Below, one piece after another: positions 24,972-35,721 of a DNA stretch of 48,740 nucleotides. A program made the translations under genes and the position numbers. Source of the stretch: Perkinsus olseni (taxonomy: Eukaryota); NCBI GenBank assembly GCA_013115125.1, contig JABANN010000235.1, positions 1 through 48,740 on the forward strand. The letters are read 5' to 3'. How positions within the stretch are numbered: position 1 is the first letter of the stretch; the number at the start of each line of letters is the position of its first letter. The notes below the pieces were generated by a model, which was not told the origin of the DNA, searched no databases, and was given only the letters and a program-made list of their open reading frames with translations.

Positions 24972-25142
24972 TGGGAATATTCGCGGAGAGGATCGGTCAC
25001 CTGTGAGCTTGTTTATGGGAAAACAGTGGTGGTTGCGGAGAGACACTGGCGACTGGCAGCAGCAGATCGGAATTTAGATTTTTTATGGATTTTTTGCAGT
25101 TTTCTAGTTTCCTTTTTCCACTCATTGTTTGAGGAGTTTTGG

Positions 25143-26687
25143 ATGAAGGAGTCGTCGTCGTCAGCAGCAGCAGCGTCTTTTCCATGCAACCAAGAGCTGC
25201 AGTCTAGCAGTAGCAACAAAAACCCGTGCAACAGCTGCACGCACACGCAAAATCTTCCCTGTGCGCGGCCGGTATCTTCTTCTTCGGCGAGGAATTGCGG
25301 AGAATCTTTGTCACCTAGTGACGGCCGAAAGCTTGTGCGCATTCTCGTTGACATGGACGGTGTGACCTGCGATTTTGAACTGGCTCTGATGAAGGAGTTC
25401 AAACGACGTGAGTAGAAGAAATAATTTCGTGGCGCGCGGTAATTTCTTTGCGGTATCTCAGGGCACCCTGATGAGCCTTACATATCTGTTGAACAGCGAA
25501 AAGGGTCTTATTGTTCAAAACAAGTAATTATTTCGTGGCGCGTGGTCATGGATGGCGATTGGTCACTGTCTCAGTACGAGGCGATGAAGCCGGCGCTAGG
25601 AAACTACGTGAAGGAGATAATTACCAGTGAGGGGTAAATGCTCTCACGGTGATTCGAACCGGGGACCTTTGGACTGCGCAGGTTCATCAGCAATTTGCCG
25701 CCGATCAGCGGGGCTATTCAGAGTCTTCGATGGCTCGATGAGATGCCTGGTGTCGAGGTACGGACTGGATAATTTTGTGGCGCGCGGTAATTGAGATATC
25801 GTATCATCGTCATCAGGTGTGGATATGTTCTACGCCTTTAACTGCATGGACTCACTGCGTTCCGGAGAAGTTCGAGTGGGTTGAAAAGCATCTCGGTAAG
25901 AGAGGCGGGAATACGAAAAAATATCCATACCAAAGCAAACGGAACTCTTTAGCTTGGTTAGGATCTAGGGTGGCAGAGGGAGGGGTTTTAAAGTGGTTTC
26001 AGCGAAGTAATGAATCGGTGAATGGAATAAGAGCGAATGAAGTTTGGCCGGGTTTCGTTGTTTTCCTAAAGTTGAACCGGTTCAGAGGGAGAGTGGTTAG
26101 TGTGTTGTTCATCCGCTGGCAACTCCAGGGGAGAAACTGCCAGTGGTTTCATTGAAATGGTAATAGCGAAGTAGTGCAGAAAATAGTAGTAAATTGAATG
26201 GCCTGCGGGAATTGTGGAGAGAAAGAGTATCTTATGATGTTCAAGCTCGCGCATGTTGTGAAGGTCTGGTGATAGGCACGGACTTCCTCCGGAAATTGAT
26301 CCTCACCAAAGACAAGACTATTATTAAGGCCGACGCTCTAATAGACGACAAGCCTGAGATAACAGGTAGGATGTGGGCAAAAGTTGGTATGGCTGTACGC
26401 ATGCTCAACCGAAAAGTAGCTTCTGTCCTCGCCAATTGCCAGCTCGCATTTGTTTGGATATCTTTTCAGGTAGCGAAGATCCACCGTTATTCGGCAGACA
26501 CGTTGTGTTCACTCAACCGTAATTCTGAGGAGAATCTTTTTTACGAGTGCGCACAGCACTCGATTCCTTTTTCAGATACAATAAATATGTGGAGACCGGC
26601 GATAGGCTTGACGGTTGGTTCAAGTCGCGCGACGAAGCCGAGCTTTTTGTATCACGCCTTAGGGATGGCGAGAATACCTTTCAATGA
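25143..26687 (+). CDS. 5'(3')-deoxyribonucleotidase (NT5C/NT5M family, HAD superfamily), multi-exon
   Basis: RILVDMDGVTCDFE (HAD motif I), FISNLPPISGAI, VWICSTPL..CVPEKFEWVEKHLG, LILTKDKTIIKADALIDDKPEITG, HVVFTQPYN. Stop at 26685-26687. Confidence 0.93.
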
Positions 26688-27187
26688 CTTGGCTCGACCT
26701 TGGATTCGCTTGTTGTTCATCCAGCCACTATCGTCTGATCGTCGTAGTCGTCTTTGAACAGCTAATGGTGAAATATGATACTGATTATACTGTTCACCTA
26801 TTTCTCCTGTCGTCGTCATCCACCGATACTGTGCTTATATAACAACAACATCATCAACAACAACAACAACGACTGACATATTTACACGGTCACTCGAAGA
26901 ACTCAATTGTACTTGTTAATTTTAATACGGAAATGAAGGGGGGGGGTTGGGAAGAGGAAGATGGTGGTGTTTGACTTTCCTGATAGGCGTCATCAGCTTT
27001 ACATCGGAAACAGTTTTCTTGTAGGAAACGCGAAATCCTCTTCACGAGCCACTCATAACGACAAGAAGAAACTTACCAGAAACAGTCCTTGATTCGTCTG
27101 GGAAACCTGATATTCTGTTATTCTCCGTTAATTTTGTGATGATGAGTGAGTTTTGTTTAACGGGTGAACTCTCTAGTGTTACTTATT

Positions 27188-27262
27188 GGCGGCGTGGTGA
27201 CGACGCATATCCTCGATAACACACCTTGAGGTCCCTGGTTCGACTCCCAGGGTCGACGTTTT
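27188..27262 (+). pseudogene. tRNA pseudogene or tRNA-derived element
   Basis: 71-nt tRNA-sized unit GGCGGCGTGGTG...GAGGTCCCTGGTTCGACTCCCAGGGTCGACG followed by TTTT. Acceptor stem pairs 5 of 7; D and anticodon arms are scrambled. Confidence 0.55.
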
Positions 27263-27527
27263 GATGTCAAACGAATTTTCTCTGCCTATCTGATTGGCCG
27301 GGGATTAGTGATGAGCTTTCTCGCCTGAGGGAAGGAAATAATTGGTGGCGCGTGCAGATTCGGTAGGCCTACTGGAAGTCTTGTCGGTCTTCTTTCGACC
27401 GGCGAGGAAGTCCCTTGTTCCACCGGGTGCGATAGCGCGCTGAATGTGATGTAGAACTGTATCGATTCGCTGAATCCGAACGCACTTTCGACAGGGCATC
27501 CGCGCGCGTAGTTGTTTTGTGCTGTTA

Positions 27528-30500
27528 ATGTCTGATGTCAGTGATAGGCAAGAAAACGAGGAAGAAGAATCTAACAATCCTAGTAGGCGGGCTGATACCA
27601 AAATATTGGTCCATGGTAACACCTTTCAGCCACTAGTGTAGAGTTGAACCCATGGAGGTGTATAGCGAACAAGACTAGGAAAGGAGCTAGGGAATGCACG
27701 GAGTTGTAAGGGGAATCTTTCCGCCTTGTGTGAGTCAAGGTCAACCTCTGATAGATATCTTTGCGAAGAGGCTGCTAAAGATATCAGCTCGGAGATTGAT
27801 AAGTTCCCGAATGTTGAGGTCATGTGGATCGAAGGGAACCGCCTTTCGAGTCTGCTGAGGCTTCAAACTCAAAGCAGACTGCAGGAGGTGAGCACATGTT
27901 ATGAAATAATATCTCAAATATTCGCTACGGCGACTTCTCCCGGCGTTGGACGAATTCTGGAGTGCATCCGATACACCCTACATTGGTCGGCTTGTCTTCG
28001 GGGCAAATTCATGCAGTGGAAACCTTCTCGAGTATCTTGACGCGGTTTTTGTAGAGATTGTTTATAAGCCTTAAATTATGACATATGGTTAGGACTTTAG
28101 GTGATTTGCTTAGTTGAGACACTACTATAGGGTGGTTGATGATCTGCTCAGCCGGGGGCCACCAGAAGACTGCAGAGAGGCCTCAATATATTTAAAGGGT
28201 TCGGGTAACGTCGCGGAAGGCGAGAAGGCTACCATCAGGGAGGTTTCATAAGGAGGTGTGCAGGATGACAACAAGAAGGCGCTGCGTCCCGCAAACTGCG
28301 TGGGTCGTTTCTATGTGGATAGTGGCGTGGGCAGAGATTCGTTCACGCGACCTTCACTCCCCGCGAGGGCGTCAGTGAGAACTTCGTTGAAGATTTTTGG
28401 ACGTCGTAGGCCAGTTGAGGCGGGCAAGTACCCGACAAGCTTTGCGGAGTTGGTCTCAGCCATGATCCCGTGGGTCGTCTGCATCGAAGTCATCTCTGGG
28501 AGCCTGGCAGGCTCTGTGGTCTTTGGAGTACATCTCTCACTTGGCTAATATCGCATCTACTCACAGCGAGTAAGCGGCCATCACCTACGACAAGGCCTTC
28601 CGCCGAAACTTAGCGGCTCTGCCCTACAAGGCGGCGGACAGTCAGCGGATGATTCGGTCGTGGAACGCTACGATTGCTCCCGTTCGAAGGGACGAAAAGC
28701 GTGCCGCTCTGATATCGCTCGCTGCTCGGGTCCCTTCGACAGAGCTGATTCGGAGTCCAACAGGAGTCCTGTTACAGGACTCGGTCTATATTGACGAGGA
28801 TCAAACAGACGATCAGTTGCTCCTCTGAAGGAAAACGACTTGGAGGATGCGTTTTTATGATTATCGAGCGGCGCAGGTCTGCATGTGTCAGCAGTCTCTG
28901 GATGATTTTTGGGCCAAAAATTTTGGCAGTATGAACGCCGCTGCGGAAGTTCCGCAGCGGAACGTTGAAGGCGGGAAATCCTCACAGTAGTTTTCACTAG
29001 GAGCTTCATATTGTTCATAATAGTTGTCACTCCTGTCTTGCGTTAAAGAAGCTTGATACGTATCATACGTTTCGTATGGTGCATGCATCAACCTTGGGTA
29101 TCAATCATCTATATCGCGCGATTCCTTCTACTGTACCTGCATGCTGAGTTCTTGTTCCTTCAGATATATGCCTCCAATAATTACCTCACCAGCCTGCGAG
29201 GGATCGAAGGCTGCAAGTTTCTACGGAAGCTCATCGTCAGTTCAAATCGACTGGAGGACTTGTCGAAGCAACTGCAATTTTTGTCAAAGTAGGAACAAGC
29301 TTCTTTCTTTCTGTAGTGCATCGACTCATCGAATGCTGCTCCTGCTCATATACTGCTGCTTGCTGTTGTGTTTGTTTTTCTGTACCACTCCATCCACAAA
29401 TCGTCGCCGTTGACTGTATATCTTGTACCATGAGCTTCCAGCTTGGTATCCTGCGGAATCCTGTACCACTAAATTGCCTACCCTCACCGAACTTCTTCTT
29501 GACCACTTTGTTTTTTTTCCTGAGAGTATTTGCCCTATGGATCGTCACAATGTGTTTCGCAGGATATTTCACTGATGGCGATTCCCGGGGTTTTAAGGCA
29601 ATTTTTGCGAGGGGCATCTTTCTTCCACAGGTTCTCTTTCCTAGCCACCTTGGAGCTCGACGATAACCCATGCGCTGGAGAGGAGAAATATAGACAACGT
29701 AAGGGGACGCGTTTGTTACGAGTTATCCTGCGAGTGATGCTTCTAGCAAGATCTTCCTCGAAAGTGATCAAGCTGTTTCAGACGTAGCCGGTCTTGACAC
29801 TCAACTGTTACGCTTCCTCTACGCTTCGGTTTACTCTTTTCTCTCGTCTCGACTTTCGCTCTGCGAAAAACAGTGACGCAATGATTATGGACTGAAGTTC
29901 ATTCGTTGGGGGATCCGATTCGCTCTGGACGTTGTCATTAATCCGATTGCACGTGAGTACGACGCGTCGCCACTACGTAGTGCTTCCAGGCTGCATAGCC
30001 TCACTGTCTTCGCTTGCCGTGCTGGATTGCTCTCCAATCACACTGCGGGAGAGGGACCTTCGGGAACAACAACAGCAGCAGCAGCAGCCTTCTGTATCGA
30101 AGCGGAGAGTCTCGGTGAGCCGACGGGTGGTCGGGGTCTGGTCATTCTTTTGAGGGCAGCTGTCGGAGATCATCAAGCCGAGTATTAGCGAGACAGAGGC
30201 CTTCGCGGAGGCTGATAAAATCAGAGTTCGATGGGCGAGGAGGGAGGAGGCTGCTGCCGTGGCGGGGTAGGTTGCTGGGCACCGAGTATCAGTTCGGAAG
30301 GGCATTCGTTGGAGGCTGGCTCTTCTCTGAGAGAAGTTCTCTCGCTGAAATAGTTTATGGTGAGTAAACCGTTCTTCTGATGGGTATCTGTCGCCCATGT
30401 TTGGCTAGCAATGAGATCACTTCCAAACAACGGATAAGGCCCGAATGCTGCCATCAATGCATGGAGTGGACTTGCGATGGGGATGGGCGTTGCGATCGAT

Positions 30501-30687
30501 CGCGCTCTTCAGATGGGGCCTCGTGTCACCACCGCGCTTCGACAAGCCGATTGGATTCCCTGCAAGTTGTGGTAATGTCGACATGCAGTTGGTCAGAGAC
30601 CGAAGAGAGGCTTCTGCTCACAGCAGCCTCACCCCGTGGGAGGCAAGTCTGAGGACGAGTTGCCAAGACGTTCTTAGATTCTGTTGA
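27528..30687 (+). CDS. Leucine-rich repeat protein, LRRC72-like, multi-exon; 3' end approximate
   Basis: RECTEL|YLCEEAAKDISSEIDKFPNVEVMWIEGNRLSSL..LQE|IYASNNYLTSLRGIEGCKFLRKLIVSSNRLEDL|LATLELDDNPCAGEEKYR..LAVLDCSPITLRER. SDS22-type LRRs plus LRRcap. Confidence 0.8.
28140..28830 (+). mobile_element. Decayed gag-like ORF of a DIRS/Ngaro-type retrotransposon in the LRR gene intron
   Basis: GRFYVD...YPTSFAELVSAMIPW, then a frameshift to LEYISHLANIASTHSE*AAITYDKAFRRNLA, matching the Y...YD..FR...A pattern recalled for DIRS/Ngaro ORF1. Contains internal stops. Confidence 0.45.
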
Positions 30688-31095
30688 ATATCATTGTTGC
30701 TACTAAGCAGTTCATGGTCAATTAAGTACATTGAATTATCACTAAGTCCTAGTTTTGTATCATAGCCTGTCATAGCTATTATTATATTCTGATAAGCAGT
30801 GGCTGATTTCTTCCATCATTCTTACATCGAATACCCTTCTCATTATTAAACTTTCGCAGTGCTTTGCCGTTATCGCTTCCAGTCGGTGGGTGTTTGTTTT
30901 TCACTGGTTCTCCACCAATTCTTGTCGTTGGTGATACCGAATTTTCGCGCTAAGTGTGAGTGTAGAAAGTATCTAACATCAATAGTCAACGTTGGAGGGA
31001 CGAGTTACGCATACCACTCCTTCGTCAAATCGTTTCCGACGTAATCCTTCGATATTTCAGTTCATCTCCGCGAAGCTTAAGCTGACTGCTTCGCA

Positions 31096-34000
31096 ATGAG
31101 GTATAAGTATCTAATCTGCAACTAATAATAATCAGTTATGATGGTATCTTTCGTATCTTTCAGTAGACTTGCTCAGGCATCAGAGGTTGCCAAGATTTTG
31201 AAGGACAAGCTTCCCGACCCGTGCACGCATGAACAGCTCCTAGAGGTTATCGCCTCGCCTCGTGGGGAAGGGTGTCTCACTGAGGCGTTGGGAAGAGAAT
31301 TAGCCATCAGCCCTCCTGAAGGTGGGCAGTTCGAGGAGGTATCTTAGGTCGAAGCTAGTTCATTACAGTGATGTCTGAAGATGTTCCGACAATGCGATCG
31401 ACATAGTCTCTTCTTCAGCTGCGAAGATATTTCCGGCCAGTACCGCACCATCCGCAACTCTCATCAGCAAACTGGTGGAGGACTGCCCGTGGAAGTACCA
31501 CCGCTCCAATGCGTTAGCGGTCTTCGCACTTGCTGGACAGGTTCGTAGAGGACGAGCGCTTGCGAGGCATAATTGACCTCCTCTACAGAGAAGCCAAAAG
31601 ACTGATGGCCATTGGGGACACCGAGGGAGCGCAGAAGGTGGGGGGGGTGGGCGATCGCTCCTCAGAAATTTACTGTGGAAAAATTCCGAAATTTCGTGTA
31701 TATTTTCCACTGCATCAATCCACTTACGTTGCGAGGCGTAGGGAGAATGGTTTGAATAACGTGCCGAGGCCCAGCCCGAATGCCTTCCATGCACCTTCTA
31801 AAAGCTGTGACGCACAGCTTCACGCACTTGGCACAGCCCTCTTTGGGAGGCGCCGGCCAACGCTAGTTGGAAAGATGACCGCTCGAGCGTAGCTGAGCTG
31901 CTTTGCAGTGTACAAGTTAGGGTGCATCACGGCGGTGCGCAGGTTGTTGTTGTTGTTATTCCTCAGAAGTGTTTGAAGGCTCTGCGCTTTGAAGGGTGCA
32001 AGAGCAGAGCTGCCGACGCAAGGATGGCTGCTCACCCTCCCGTCCCCCCTAGAACTACCCTCGAGAGACGGACGGGTAGCTGGTAATCACCCGACATCAT
32101 CGTGGATGGATCTTTGTTTCAGCTGAGGCTAGGGCGAGAACAAGGGGGAGGTTGGATACTTTCACCCACACCTTCATTCGCGATCGAGTTGTTGTTCGAC
32201 AGACGGCTTCCATGAGCTGATGGCCGTACTCATGTAGCTGTTCTTGTGCTCACTCCGCACGTCTCGTGTTACTTAATTCACGGAGTCTGCCTTGTCTGGA
32301 GCCTTGCAGAGCAACTCTGGGTGCGGCGGAGTTTCCTCGGGTGCGACCACTTTTGATTCGAGAGTTCATACGCGAGGCTTTTGATATATCTCATCTTCGG
32401 CAAGCTCGAGTGTTCGGTTATGAAACTGAGTTATAGCGGGAATCGTGTCACCACTAAATTGAATCAAAAGCCTTCCTCTGGAGGCAGCTTCGGTGACACG
32501 CGTATGCGAGGCATGTCGGTACCCAGTCTGTGCGCATCAACCCCTGAAGAATCTCTCTGATTGAGGAACTCGAGGCCAGAATCTTTTGGATAGCTTCACC
32601 TAGCCACGGGATTTTCGTATCGCCGTGGCTTGCGCTGCCTCTCATACCAAACCATCGTATTGTTCATCTGCAAAGGGTCAGCCTCTCTTAATTTTTTCGC
32701 TATGAGAGTATCCCTGGGATATGCTGCGCGATCGGGAGCGGCCATAAGCTCTCTTCTACAGCCTGATGATGCTGGGGTGAGGTGCTCTCTGTCATGTCTT
32801 TACCCTACGGAAAGTTGCTCCTGGCATTTGTGACACCGATTTTTCACTCACTGGTTATCTGAGCTCCGCTACACTTTCGTCTAGCAAACGTTGAAGACAA
32901 CAACTTCGCCGTCTTCCATTGCATACCCTTATCAAAGAACGCGCATCGAAGTTTCTCCTGCTATTTCGCGCTGAGGCTTCTCGCGGGGCGTTGGTGGGAC
33001 AAGCATTCGCTATCTTGGAACTGTTAGTCTCTTTAGGAGAAGAGGTTATCCGATCGCGATGCGATGAGAGAGAACGTACTCAGTATCAAAAAGATCGTCG
33101 AAGAGCGCAAGGCTAGACAAATAAAAGTGAGCTTCGCCTTGATGGAGCAGCCCGCTCTCATGTGCTGTTGTTTTTTTATTGAAGGAAGACGCGAACAAGA
33201 GACAAGTCCCGTTCAAGATGAAGAGGTTCACTGAGGTTTCATCTCGGTTCATGGGCAGCAGAGACGAAGATGAGAAGGTGGGCATATTAACTTCGCAATT
33301 TCCCGATCTCAACTGATTCAAAAGATTTTTTGATCGGGAAATACTCTAGTTGCCGGCTAGATAGCATATCTTAGTTTGGAGTGCAGTAAGTGCGTAAAAT
33401 CGCAAGTGATCGTAGTGTCTCTCCGTGTGCGCAAGGTTCCTTTGTCAGAGAAAGAGTGGTACGGATGCAGAGCAGGCTGGAGGGGAGGAGAAAAAGGTGG
33501 GTTGAAATAGCGTGCAACTTTCGTCTCTCATTGACTGAGAAAGACGTGAATGCAATACGATATCGGGTGACCCGATTCGGGTCCGTGCCTGGTATCTGTC
33601 GATTCTGTAGGCTCTTGGGAAGCTCGTGGAAAACTCGCAAGAAGGCCCGAAGATGCACAAGGATTTCGGACGAATACCGAAATAGTGGGTATAGCAGGGC
33701 GAGAAAATTGTCGGCGTTTTCTTCGCATATAATTGGTGCAGTGAGAACAATACGTTGTTACGCTAATGGTTCCATCGAGTTCAGCAACATTGAAAACGAA
33801 ACCCACCTTGAACCTCAGATTGTGTCCTTCATGACGTTCTCATTCGCCTTGCTCGTTGATGTAGGGCTTACGACGAATTATTATCAACGATCTTCCGTCT
33901 AGGGATAGTATGTTTTTCAGCATCACCAAGCGTGAGCGTGCGCGGTTGCAGAAGATACTCGATGAGAAAGAGCGTCTTAAAGCAGCACCACCTGGGTGAG

Positions 34001-35105
34001 TTGGGCGTCGTGAATCTCGTTCACATCTATATTTGAACTTATCTACAGCAGTGCATGAAGGTTGACGTACTCCTTATCGCGATACTGCGAGGAAGCGGTC
34101 ACTGCATGAATTTTTCTGGACCGGGTGATACCGCATATCCACTGCTACTACTACTCATGGTAGCTTCTCTGACCACTGCTCGAGATCATGCCATCTTGCA
34201 AACTGCCCAAGATTCTGTGAGGCTCAAAACCTCGGTTATTTTCTTCCGAATCCACTGACTCGCCTTCGAGCCTTACGTTGAGAGTTGATTCTTTATCAGT
34301 CTATCTACGGCAGGCGCTGCTCATCGGGTCTCCCGTTATATGGGCATTCTTGATGTCAATTTTCCCGGTCATCAGTTACCGGTATATGGAAGAAGACGAG
34401 CAGGCGGATGTGCTCAATAATTTGAGAAAGCGTAGGGATGCGTTCTTGTTGAAGCCGCTACAGTTTTGTGCCATGGGAGGAACTCGGCGCCCGGTTTTCA
34501 ATCGGTGTTGATGAACTCCGTGCCGCGTCGGTACTGCCGCCATGCACTGACCATTCATAGCCAAGAACCGTATTACGAATGATATCACAACAACAGGCTC
34601 GAGAAAGCTTACGATTCGATACTAGTGACAGAGCGCACGCCCAATAACGACGTCTACCGAGCAACCATCTCGTAACTGTTCACCCTTTCCCGAAAAAATG
34701 ATGTCTTTTATCGGTTCATTGAGGAGAGCGCGAAAGTGGAACTTCCTCCTGTTGCGCTTGAAAATATTCTTAAACTTTCGGATTTGAACTTGTATATTCA
34801 TTCGGAAGATGGTCTGGTAAATACGTCACGTTTTCTGTCGTGGAGCGGCTGGCCAGCGGCGGATGGACGTGACTTTGTGTGGCCTCATGCGTATGTTGCA
34901 GGAAAGGAAATCTTGCAAAAGGAGTATCATGGCCTGCCTTTGCGTATCGAGCTGAGGCGACAACGGGAGAGGCAAAAATCGATCGAAACGAGTATGGAGG
35001 AGGTTGACGCTGCGATAAGAAAGTTCAGCGAATCTGATGTGAGTTGCTTGTTCACCTCGGTCGAAATTACTGTACTCGCAGATTCTTATTAAGCTGGATG
35101 AATGA
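31096..35105 (+). CDS. Hypothetical multi-exon protein (could be two genes)
   Basis: MS|RLAQASEVAKILKDKLPDP, FVEDERLRGIIDLLYREAKRL, RPLLIREFIREAFDISHL, QVPFKMKRFTEVSSRF, VRTIRCYANGSIEF, KRERARLQKILDEKERLK, YMEEDEQADVLNNLRK, MEEVDAAIRKFSESD|ILIKLDE*. Confidence 0.6.
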
Positions 35106-35721
35106 AACACGCTTTTAAGATGAGGGGCATGATGTCACAATCATGCTGAGTGTTGTTGAGTATGATTTTCGGTTTTGGTGTTTATTACGGGCTTTGGCAT
35201 CCCTGGCAAAAAGGGTCTTGCAGCTCGGGTTTGAGGAGTTGGAACAGATTGTGTCGTTTTTTTTCTTGTTTCTTTTTTCATTTCTTTCCCTGAGGGGAGT
35301 CCCCTCACTGTCTCTGTAGATTAGTGAATATCGTATAAGGTGGGTGTGGAACCCTGTATTTGCCCTTCATGAGAATTTGATGTTTTTACGTAAAATACAC
35401 GAAAAATTGCGGAGCGAGCGAAGCGAGCGGAGCATATACTGTCACTTCTGCGCTTTTTTGTGCGTTCGTTCGTTCGTTCAAATTATTTCTCCACGACTAT
35501 GTCGATTGAACTCGCGAGGCACATACTATTCGAAAGCTCGCGGCTCCGCCTTTTCGGTTACGAAGGCCTAGTATGGGCAAAGCCGTTGAAAAGGTGTAGA
35601 CAGGAGTGCGCTTCTCGAACCTTACTCACATAGGTATCTCCGAGCAGCTCAACACTACCAGAAAAAAGTTCCGATCACGCGTCACATGATCAAGATACTT
35701 TATCATTCTCCCCTCTTCTCA

